IMG/VR virus record: IMGVR_UViG_3300016675_000190
Coordinates: 1-32,248 of that record
Reading direction: 5' to 3' (one strand)
Length of the DNA: 32,248 nt
Origin: a virus
Lineage: Duplodnaviria; Caudoviricetes
Shown here in pieces: positions 1 through 6,584 of this stretch (position 1 is the first letter of the stretch; each line of letters begins with the position of its first letter). The position numbers were made by a program, and so were the translations under genes. A model generated the notes under the pieces. The model had not been told where the DNA came from, ran no database searches, and was given only the letters and a program-made list of their open reading frames with translations.

Positions 1-38
1 TACTGCATCATCAGTTCTGCATGAATATGTGCTGTCAT
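1..38 (-). CDS. 5' end of a small early phage protein (MTAHIHAELMMQ...), truncated by the window edge
   Basis: ATG at 38-36 preceded by TAAGGAAACACC, the same stop/SD/start module as at 285-299; frame is open to the window edge. Confidence 0.6.
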   Translation of the reverse strand, partial: MTAHIHAELMMQ

Positions 39-47
39 GGTGTTTCC

Positions 48-287
48 TTAATTCCAGCCTTGCAATAAGCTGGCTTTGGTTTTGAGTGGATAGAAAGTAG
101 GCCATTCACTGTTGGTATGTTGTACCTTCAGATACCTTTCCAAAGAATGTGCGTTGTAGAACACAGGGCAGTTATTCCCCATGTACTCCACGTTATCAAT
201 GTGCCCAAACGTCATAGGCAACATAGCTCTGCGGAAAGGCATTGCAGGGCCAACGAGGTATTCAACGCCTCTTACTGTGATAGGCAT
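48..287 (-). CDS. hypothetical early protein, 79 aa
   Basis: SD AAGGAA just upstream of ATG; packed between neighbouring minus-strand genes. Confidence 0.75.
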   Translation of the reverse strand: MPITVRGVEYLVGPAMPFRRAMLPMTFGHIDNVEYMGNNCPVFYNAHSLERYLKVQHTNSEWPTFYPLKTKASLLQGWN

Positions 288-296
288 GGTGTTTCC

Positions 297-458
297 TTAG
301 TGAGACTTCTTGCGGGCCAAATGATTGATGGCGAGTTGAATAGGAAGTCCTTGGTTTCGCATATAGCCTGCGGCTGCACGAGTACCAAGAGACTTTTGAA
401 TGTTCGTAGCACGCTTTAGTTGAGCTACGGTCTTGCTAGTGATTTGCATCATGAACAT
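297..458 (-). CDS. small basic early protein, 53 aa (MFMMQITSK...GTRAAAGYMRNQG...)
   Basis: start moved to ATG 458, preceded by TAAGGAGAACACC containing the upstream gene's stop. Confidence 0.7.
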   Translation of the reverse strand: MFMMQITSKTVAQLKRATNIQKSLGTRAAAGYMRNQGLPIQLAINHLARKKSH

Positions 459-468
459 GGTGTTCTCC

Positions 469-663
469 TTAAAGGGTATGGACTTCATAAAGAGGCACGT
501 CATCAATAGAAACTTCCTTGATGAAGTACTGCGAATACTCGAAATGATCTGGTTCTGACAGGCTGTAACTAACATTCCCAGACTGGATATCCTCATAGCG
601 ATATGCGGTATCGAAACCCTCTGCTTTGAGACTATCCAGAATTTGCTGTGGACTCTGTTTCAT
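469..663 (-). CDS. hypothetical early protein, 64 aa (MKQSPQQILDSLK...)
   Basis: start moved to ATG 663 with SD CAGGAG; first gene downstream of the hairpin promoter at 704-722. Confidence 0.75.
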   Translation of the reverse strand: MKQSPQQILDSLKAEGFDTAYRYEDIQSGNVSYSLSEPDHFEYSQYFIKEVSIDDVPLYEVHTL

Positions 664-701
664 AGGTAACTCCTGTGAATAAAGAAAGCAGGGCAACAAC
701 A

Positions 702-722
702 CCCAACACATTGGCGGAGCCA
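702..722 (-). promoter_or_regulatory. vRNAP hairpin promoter (plus strand is template): CCC-AACA-CAT-TGGC-GGA-GCCA
   Basis: C-GGA-G triloop hairpin as in N4 early promoters; matches the consensus of four other copies; lies upstream of a leftward operon. Confidence 0.75.
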
Positions 723-740
723 TGGACATAACGAAAAGAA

Positions 741-760
741 CAACCCGTGCACGGAGAGCA
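741..760 (-). promoter_or_regulatory. degenerate vRNAP hairpin promoter: C-AACC-CGT-GCAC-GGA-GAGC
   Basis: same spacing as the consensus, with CAT->CGT and one A:A stem mismatch. Confidence 0.4.
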
Positions 761-814
761 CATACAAACACTGTCTGGTTTGTGTTGACAGCGTTCGTAT
801 GTACTCACGGTCAT

Positions 815-848
815 AAAAAAACCCTACCACTCCGAAGAGTGATAGGGT
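815..848 (-). terminator. intrinsic terminator with UUCG loop
   Basis: minus strand ACCCTATCACTC-TTCG-GAGTGGTAGGGT plus T-run, just after the stop at 865. Confidence 0.85.
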
Positions 849-864
849 ATTTCATGAACGAGAC

Positions 865-1143
865 TTAGAAGCCCACGTTCGCGGGTTGCTGGTTCTCAGC
901 CATTTGGAAGTCCACTTCCAGGTGCTTCATCAGAGCCTCAACACCGCCTTCTTGTTGAAGACGTTCGATGAGAGCACTGTCGAAGTTGCGGCTGTCCTTC
1001 AGAGGCACTGCACCGATCTTGGCGCGAGAGCCATCAGCACGACGAACCCAGAAGTTCAGGAAAGCCTTGGCCTTCCAGCGTTCTTGGCCTTGAGCTTGAC
1101 CAGCAGCGTTGTTGTTCGAAGAGTGGTTGAAAACGAGAGCCAT
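865..1143 (-). CDS. N4 gp1/gp2-like early protein (probable ssDNA-binding or middle-transcription cofactor), 92 aa
   Basis: ATG 1143 with SD AAGGAA; N/Q-rich N-terminus then WKAKAFLNFW..R.KIGAVPLK, a pattern recalled from early N4-like proteins; has its own promoter and terminator. Confidence 0.6.
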   Translation of the reverse strand: MALVFNHSSNNNAAGQAQGQERWKAKAFLNFWVRRADGSRAKIGAVPLKDSRNFDSALIERLQQEGGVEALMKHLEVDFQMAENQQPANVGF

Positions 1144-1196
1144 GATAGTTCCTTGATAAGAGAGATTGTTGATTAAGCGCACAGACCCTCTGCACG

Positions 1197-1216
1197 CCTT
1201 TTCATGGGCGGAGCCC
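1197..1216 (-). promoter_or_regulatory. vRNAP hairpin promoter: CC-TTTT-CAT-GGGC-GGA-GCCC
   Basis: consensus match, 4-bp GC stem with GGA loop, upstream of 865-1143. Confidence 0.8.
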
Positions 1217-1314
1217 GGTATTAAAGAACGGTGGAATGTTCCTAGAAGTATCCAGAAGATGTATGAGAGAAATTGGACACTTTTAGTTAGGGTATCGTCC
1301 GTATATCGGAACGG

Positions 1315-1337
1315 CCCGTAGCATGCACGGAGTGCAT
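1315..1337 (-). promoter_or_regulatory. vRNAP hairpin promoter: CCC-GTAG-CAT-GCAC-GGA-GTGCAT
   Basis: 6-bp stem ATGCAC/GTGCAT with GGA loop; consensus match. Confidence 0.75.
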
Positions 1338-1540
1338 TTAGAAGTTTGGTGAAAAAGATAGAAGTTCTAAGTAATTTACTGAACTACTTAGCTATTTGTA
1401 CTACCTGAATTACTGAGAGTACTCAGTTGACTCTATTGCTTACGCAGTAGAAGTTAGACAGAACGAGATATAGGACTGTTTGATATGTCTGTCTACTGGG
1501 TGTGTGATGTGTGTGATTCAGCCTTCATGTGCCACACGGT

Positions 1541-1576
1541 AAAAAAAAAAGATCCCCACTCCCGAAGGAGTGAGGA
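1541..1576 (-). terminator. intrinsic terminator with UUCG loop
   Basis: minus strand TCCTCACTCC-TTCG-GGAGTGGGGA-TC-T10, just after the stop at 1590. Confidence 0.85.
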
Positions 1577-1589
1577 CGTTGGTTACTGC

Positions 1590-1844
1590 TTACTGGTTGT
1601 TAGCAGGAGCAGCTTGGTTCTCGATAACGACAGCTTGTGCTTGAGCAGCTTTGGATGCACGCAGTTGTGCAATCTTGGCTTGGCGTTCGATCTGAGCTTC
1701 ATCGACGAATGCAGCAGTTTGTTCTTCTGCCCATTTGCCGAGGTTGTCCAGTGCGTTTGCTCCACGACCCACAGCTGAGGCGATAGTGCCAACAGCGTTG
1801 TAGATTTGGTGAAGCATGCCAAAGAAGCCGATATTTGCAGCCAT
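1590..1844 (-). CDS. alanine-rich helical early protein, 84 aa
   Basis: SD TAGGAG; flanked by hairpin promoter (1891-1912) and terminator; phage-like codon usage. Confidence 0.8.
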   Translation of the reverse strand: MAANIGFFGMLHQIYNAVGTIASAVGRGANALDNLGKWAEEQTAAFVDEAQIERQAKIAQLRASKAAQAQAVVIENQAAPANNQ

Positions 1845-1890
1845 GAGAAACTCCTATAGGAAAGTTAAAGAATGGGATGTGGCCTTACAC

Positions 1891-1912
1891 CCCATGTCAT
1901 TGCCGGAGGCAA
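1891..1912 (-). promoter_or_regulatory. vRNAP hairpin promoter: CCC-ATGT-CAT-TGCC-GGA-GGCAA
   Basis: 5-bp stem TTGCC/GGCAA with GGA loop; consensus match. Confidence 0.8.
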
Positions 1913-1922
1913 CTACGGTTGA

Positions 1923-2099
1923 TTAAGGCTTCTCTACGTGTGCAGCAAAGGAACCAATGAGCAAGAGCAGGGCAATACCCAAAGCCTTACCAGCTTCAGT
2001 TGGGTTGTTGTCCAGCATGCTCATGAATGCATAAGCCACAGCAGTGATAGCACTTCCCGTCATGATCAAGAAGCAGAGACGGATGAAACAGATGTGCAT
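1923..2099 (-). CDS. small membrane protein with two hydrophobic helices, 58 aa (MHICFIRLCFLIM...)
   Basis: SD GGAG before ATG 2099; two long hydrophobic segments separated by DNNPTE. Confidence 0.6.
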   Translation of the reverse strand: MHICFIRLCFLIMTGSAITAVAYAFMSMLDNNPTEAGKALGIALLLLIGSFAAHVEKP

Positions 2100-2142
2100 G
2101 TGATACTCCATGAAGTGATGAGTCCACGATATATGGACAGGT

Positions 2143-2161
2143 CGTGACATATGCGGAGCAT
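2143..2161 (-). promoter_or_regulatory. vRNAP hairpin promoter: C-GTGA-CAT-ATGC-GGA-GCAT
   Basis: consensus match; outermost early promoter. Confidence 0.7.
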
Positions 2162-2345
2162 GGGGGTAGGGTACTGAAATGAGGGAAAAGTGAAGTGACC
2201 GGGGGGGTATTTAGGTTTGGTGTGTGCAGCCCATAGAGTCCTACATCCATACCCCGCTATAAAAAATCCCAAAAACCTGCGGGTACTGTTTTCAATAATT
2301 ACTGATATTGCTCATACAATACGGCATTCATTTTCATGTAATGCC

Positions 2346-3041
2346 ATGACTGCACTTACTGTTGAGCAATTCAAAATGGCTTTACCTGACAAGGTAAAGA
2401 AGTCGATCAATCAGGAATTGGTTGACCAGATCAACGCTACTCTGTCTGATCCTGATATGTTTGAAGCGTATCGGGATAACCTGCTTTCCTATACGAAAGT
2501 CATGGCAGATGGCCGGTTCAAGGTGACCGATTATGTGAATGCTGTAAAGTACGTGAGCCACAAGTTAATGGGGGCTACGAACATTGAGGCGTACACAAAG
2601 ACCTTCCCTGATAAGTATCAGAGGTTCCTTCAGAACGGTGTCCAGCCCAAAGATATTGCTTCGTATGTCACTGCATACAACAAGAGCAAGCTGGTCAATT
2701 TGATCTTTGAACAGACTCTGGTACCCAGCTACATCCTCAACCAGGATCTGTATCAGAAAGCACTGAATGTACAGGCTGAGCTGATGATTTCAGCTAAGAG
2801 CGAGAAGGTTCGCTCTGATGCAGCCAACTCCCTTTTGTCGCATTTGAAGATGCCTGAAGTACAAAAGGTTGAGCTTGATATTGGTGTGAAGGAAGATAGC
2901 TCTATTGCTGCTTTGCGTGCCAGTACTTTGGAGCTGGCCCGTCAGCAGAGGATGATGCTTGAGGCCGGTGCCATGAATGCCCAACAGGTTGCACACAGCA
3001 AACTGTCGGTTGTTGACGTTGAAGCCAAGGAAGTGAAATGA
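2346..3041 (+). CDS. N4 gp69-like conserved protein, putative terminase small subunit
   Basis: start moved to MTALTVEQFK; motifs YVNAVKYVSHKLMG and AKSEKVRSDAANSLL recalled from N4-like gp69; lies upstream of the large terminase. Confidence 0.75.
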   Translation: MTALTVEQFKMALPDKVKKSINQELVDQINATLSDPDMFEAYRDNLLSYTKVMADGRFKVTDYVNAVKYVSHKLMGATNIEAYTKTFPDKYQRFLQNGVQPKDIASYVTAYNKSKLVNLIFEQTLVPSYILNQDLYQKALNVQAELMISAKSEKVRSDAANSLLSHLKMPEVQKVELDIGVKEDSSIAALRASTLELARQQRMMLEAGAMNAQQVAHSKLSVVDVEAKEVK

Positions 3042-3352
3042 CTCAAGTTCAGTTGAAGTTCAAGAAGAAGCCGGTGGAAGTGGAAGCCTTCCAGATGACT
3101 GAGGCCCGTCGCCAGGACAACAGTGAGTGGCCTGAGTGGCTGCACAGGGCCTGGAACAAGGAACAAGGTGAGCCGGGTGCTGTGTTCCCTCGTCATGCTC
3201 CTTTCTCTGATGGCACCGATGAGCTGGTGATTCACACCACTGAAGGTATTCACTTGGTTTCCTGGAATGATTGGATCATTCAAGGCATCAAGGGTGAGCT
3301 GTACCCCTGCAAACCTGATGTGTTTGCGGCTACCTATGAGGCCGTCAAATGA
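3038..3352 (+). CDS. conserved phage protein (KKKPV.VEAFQ...DWIIQGIKGELYPCKPDVF..TY family), function unknown
   Basis: recognisable widespread phage motif; ATGA overlaps with both neighbours. Confidence 0.8.
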   Translation: MTQVQLKFKKKPVEVEAFQMTEARRQDNSEWPEWLHRAWNKEQGEPGAVFPRHAPFSDGTDELVIHTTEGIHLVSWNDWIIQGIKGELYPCKPDVFAATYEAVK

Positions 3353-3705
3353 AGCAGTACCTGGGCACCAAGATCGTTCATGCAGAGCCTGCAAACAAAG
3401 GTGATGCACCTGGGTACTTTGTCCGATATCCCGATGGTTACACCTCCTGGTCTCCTAAAGAGGCCTTTGAGAGTGCATACCGTGAAGTGGACGGCCTGAA
3501 CTTTGGTTTGGCCATGGAAGCCATGCTGATGGGTAAGCGAGTGGCTCGGGCCATTTGGAAGAACAACCCCAGTAGGCAGCTGAAGTATGTGCCTGCAAGT
3601 CTGCTTACCTTTCCCCGGATTTTGGATACCTCTGATGAGGATTCTTATCTGTGGCTCCCTGGTCATGACGACCTGATTGCAACTGACTGGTTTATCAAGG
3701 AATAA
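3349..3705 (+). CDS. two-domain protein: N-terminal YLGTK...SWSPK..F...Y domain fused to a DUF2829/Tad2-like domain
   Basis: C-terminal half has NFGLAMEAMLMGKRVAR..W and WLPGHDDLIATDW, the DUF2829 signature. Confidence 0.7.
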   Translation: MKQYLGTKIVHAEPANKGDAPGYFVRYPDGYTSWSPKEAFESAYREVDGLNFGLAMEAMLMGKRVARAIWKNNPSRQLKYVPASLLTFPRILDTSDEDSYLWLPGHDDLIATDWFIKE

Positions 3706-3707
3706 CC

Positions 3708-4130
3708 ATGAACAACATTCCCTCTCCTTTGCCCACTACTTCTGATGAATGGCTTGAGCGTGATATCAAGCGAGTCGGTGCTGATAAGGCACCCCGAGTG
3801 ACCCCTGACGATGTGAAAGCGAACATTGTCAGTGAGTTCTACTTCACTGCCGAAGAAGGGGTTCACGCATCTATTGCCCTGACTGGCACAACTCCTGGAT
3901 GGCCTTGCGAAGACGTTGGTGCTCTGATTCCGAAGCCTCTGCGATTGCTTACCTTCTGCGTTCTCGTCCTACGCAACGGCTTCACTGTGACTGGTGAGTC
4001 GGCCTGTGCTTCGCCTGAGAACTTCAATGCAGAGATTGGGCGAAATGTTGCGAAAGAAAACGCAGTGAGCAAAATCTGGCCCTTGATGGGGTATGAGCTG
4101 CGTTCTCGTTTGGCTGAAGCCAAACAGTGA
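3708..4130 (+). CDS. N4 Gp49/Sf6 gp66 family protein (Acb4-like candidate)
   Basis: APRVTP...LTFCVLVLRNGFTVTGESACASPENFNAEIGR..A.ENA..KIWPLMGY signature; SD AAGGAA. Confidence 0.8.
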   Translation: MNNIPSPLPTTSDEWLERDIKRVGADKAPRVTPDDVKANIVSEFYFTAEEGVHASIALTGTTPGWPCEDVGALIPKPLRLLTFCVLVLRNGFTVTGESACASPENFNAEIGRNVAKENAVSKIWPLMGYELRSRLAEAKQ

Positions 4131-4140
4131 GGTAACGCCT

Positions 4141-5751
4141 ATGGCCATTCACCATCATCATGACGGTACACCGTGGAAGGTTGAGGATTACCTCAACGCC
4201 ACGGACTATTCCATTGATCCTGGGTACGTCCCCAGCGAGTTTGCTTTGGAGTTTGTTACCTTCATCAAGCTGGTGAATGGCGAGCAGGGCGAGGAAAACA
4301 AGACGCCCTTGGTCCACTATCACATGCTTGATACGCTGACTGATGGTGGCAGGCGAGTGCTTAACCTATGTCATCGGGGTATCGCCAAGACCACCCTGAT
4401 GGCTGAGTACTTGTTCTTGTATCTCGCAACCTATGGTGAGATCCCTGGCTTTGGTCGGGTGGATCTGGCTTTGTATGTCTCTGACTCCATTGAAAACGGG
4501 GTCAAGAACATGCGTAAGAACCTTGAGTTCCGATGGGATAACTCAGCCTTTTTGAAGGAATACGTCCCTGAAATCAGGTTCACGGACATTCGCTGGGAAT
4601 TCAAGAACGCTGATGGTAAGGCCTTTATCGTCAAAGGCTATGGTGCAAAGACGGGTGTTCGTGGTGCCAAGGAAATGGGTAAACGCCCTGATTTGGCTGT
4701 GCTCGATGACCTGATCAGCGATGAAGACGCACGCTCTGAGACTGTCATTGCTGCTGTGGAAGACACGGTTTACAAGGCAGTGAACTACGCCTTGCACCCA
4801 ACCAGGAACATGATCATCTGGTCGGGTACACCGTTTAACTCCAAGGACCCTTTGTACAAGGCCGTGGAGTCTGGGGCCTGGAGCGTCAACGTATTCCCTG
4901 TCTGTGAGCAGTTTCCTTGTGAACCTGAAGATTTCAGAGGCTCATGGCCTGACCGGTTCACTTATGAGTACGTCAGCAAGCAGTACGAAGATGCTGTAAA
5001 GCTGGGTAAGGTAGACACATTTAACCAAGAGTTGATGCTTCGAATCATGTCTGAAGAAGACCGAATGATTTCGAACTCTGATATTCGTTGGTACAAGTTG
5101 GAAAATGTTCTGAAGAACAAGAGTCGATTCAACTTTTACATCACTACTGACTTTGCTACCAGTGTTAAGCAGAAGGCTGACTACTCAGTGATCAGTGTGT
5201 GGGCGTTGAACAATGCCGGTGATTGGTTCTGGGTAGATGGTATTTGCAAACGTCAGCTAATCAATAAGAACATTGATGATCTGTTCAGGTTTGCTCAGAA
5301 CTACAAACCTCAAGGTGTTGGTATTGAAGTCTCTGGGCAGCAAGGTGGCTTTGTCACCATGATTATGGACAAGATGTTTGAAAGAAACATCTACTTCCCG
5401 TTGGCTTCTGATAACAACAGCAATGAGCCAGGCATTAGACCAAGCACCAATAAACTGATGCGGTTCAATACCGTAGTGCCATGGTTTAAGGCAGGTAAGA
5501 TTTACTTCCCTCTGGAAAAGAAGAATGAAGCTCCCATGAAGGAAGCTGTCACAGAGTTATCTTTGGTATCTGTTGGTGGGTTCAAATCAAAGAACGATGA
5601 CTTTGCAGATACCATTTCTATGCTGCCCTTGATGAATGCTTGGAAACCAAGCGAAGAGGCACCCGTATCCCAAAGTCCAAGTGAAGGGGGTATGTGGGAA
5701 GTTGACATTGAAGAACCGGATCAAGGCCGTATTTCTTCCTACATTGTGTAA
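4141..5751 (+). CDS. terL: terminase large subunit (N4 gp68-like)
   Basis: SD GAGG before ATG 4141; Walker A-like CHRGIAKTT, Walker B AVLDD, nuclease motifs ITTDFA and DDFADTISM. Confidence 0.92.
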   Translation: MAIHHHHDGTPWKVEDYLNATDYSIDPGYVPSEFALEFVTFIKLVNGEQGEENKTPLVHYHMLDTLTDGGRRVLNLCHRGIAKTTLMAEYLFLYLATYGEIPGFGRVDLALYVSDSIENGVKNMRKNLEFRWDNSAFLKEYVPEIRFTDIRWEFKNADGKAFIVKGYGAKTGVRGAKEMGKRPDLAVLDDLISDEDARSETVIAAVEDTVYKAVNYALHPTRNMIIWSGTPFNSKDPLYKAVESGAWSVNVFPVCEQFPCEPEDFRGSWPDRFTYEYVSKQYEDAVKLGKVDTFNQELMLRIMSEEDRMISNSDIRWYKLENVLKNKSRFNFYITTDFATSVKQKADYSVISVWALNNAGDWFWVDGICKRQLINKNIDDLFRFAQNYKPQGVGIEVSGQQGGFVTMIMDKMFERNIYFPLASDNNSNEPGIRPSTNKLMRFNTVVPWFKAGKIYFPLEKKNEAPMKEAVTELSLVSVGGFKSKNDDFADTISMLPLMNAWKPSEEAPVSQSPSEGGMWEVDIEEPDQGRISSYIV

Positions 5752-5760
5752 AGGATGCCT

Positions 5761-6507
5761 ATGAAACTCAGCGACATTTTTGATTACCTCCGTCAAGGTG
5801 AGCTTCGGCTTGTGTCTATTGGTGGTGGAGAGCAGGGGGAGATTCGTTCTCAAGACTACCCTCAAGTCATTGCCAGCATCAACCTTGGTTTGTCTGCGAT
5901 CTTCAGCCGGTTCACCTTGAAGGAAGAAAAGCTGAAACTACTGCTTCAGCCAGGAACCTACCGGTACAACCTGAAGTCTGCCTTTGCTATCAGCAACACC
6001 ACTTCGACCGAGCCCCTTCAGTACATTGATGATGCGGATCGGCCCTTCAAGGATGACTTGGCCAAGGTGCTGTACATCAAAACCCCTGATGGTCATGAAG
6101 TGGCTTTGAACGATCGTTCAGACATTTGGAGCTGTCACACACCAAGTACCTTCGTACTGGAAGTTCCTGAGAAGGTGATTGATCAGTCCCCTGACATGCC
6201 TGATGGATTCAAGGCAGGGGTATTGGAAGTAGGTTACCGAGCCACATTGCCTTGGCTTCCTACTGTGCTGCCTGTTGGCTTTGACCCGGCCCAGGTAGAT
6301 GTGGAGTTGCCTCCAGCGTATCTCCAGGCACTGCTTTACTACGTGGCCAGCCGTGTGCATCACCCTGTCAGTCTGAACAGTGAAGTGAGCCAAATGGCCA
6401 GCTTTGCAGTGAAGTATGAGAACGAGTGTGCCCGGCTGGAAAGCAACAACCTGCATGTGAACAAGCAAGAGTCAGGCAGTAAGTTCCATGAGCGAGGCTG
6501 GGTGTAA
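5761..6507 (+). CDS. N4 gp67-like virion structural protein (head-tail adaptor)
   Basis: position after terL; LQALLYYVASR...YENEC..LE and terminal F.ERGWV typical of the family; SD AAAGGA best spaced to ATG 5761. Confidence 0.75.
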   Translation: MKLSDIFDYLRQGELRLVSIGGGEQGEIRSQDYPQVIASINLGLSAIFSRFTLKEEKLKLLLQPGTYRYNLKSAFAISNTTSTEPLQYIDDADRPFKDDLAKVLYIKTPDGHEVALNDRSDIWSCHTPSTFVLEVPEKVIDQSPDMPDGFKAGVLEVGYRATLPWLPTVLPVGFDPAQVDVELPPAYLQALLYYVASRVHHPVSLNSEVSQMASFAVKYENECARLESNNLHVNKQESGSKFHERGWV

Positions 6508-6527
6508 GTAGCTTCCTGGTTTCCATG

Positions 6528-6554
6528 AAAAAGGCCCCCGAAGGGGCCTTTCTT
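6528..6554. terminator. bidirectional intrinsic terminator
   Basis: AAAAAGGCCCC-CGAA-GGGGCCTTTCTT between convergent genes. Confidence 0.85.
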
Positions 6555-6584
6555 ATGCCTGAGATTCAGGTATGTACAGACCGA

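Noticed and set aside
632-814. 60-aa Cys-rich minus-strand ORF
   Set aside because: Starts right after a terminator T-run with no SD, and overlaps two promoter hairpins and the next gene's start
821-848. CGAAG-containing hairpins on the plus strand (also 1553-1576, 6531-6550) as N4 P1-type GAA-loop promoters
   Set aside because: They pair as 4-nt loops (UUCG on the transcript), have T-runs, follow stop codons and lack the C-N4-CAT element, so they are terminators
702-2161. Recurring short palindromes as a CRISPR-like array
   Set aside because: Irregular spacing, genes between copies and non-identical sequences; better explained as promoters
4141-4164. HHHH run at the terminase N-terminus as an engineered tag
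   Set aside because: Only four His in a variable extension; no vector sequence nearby
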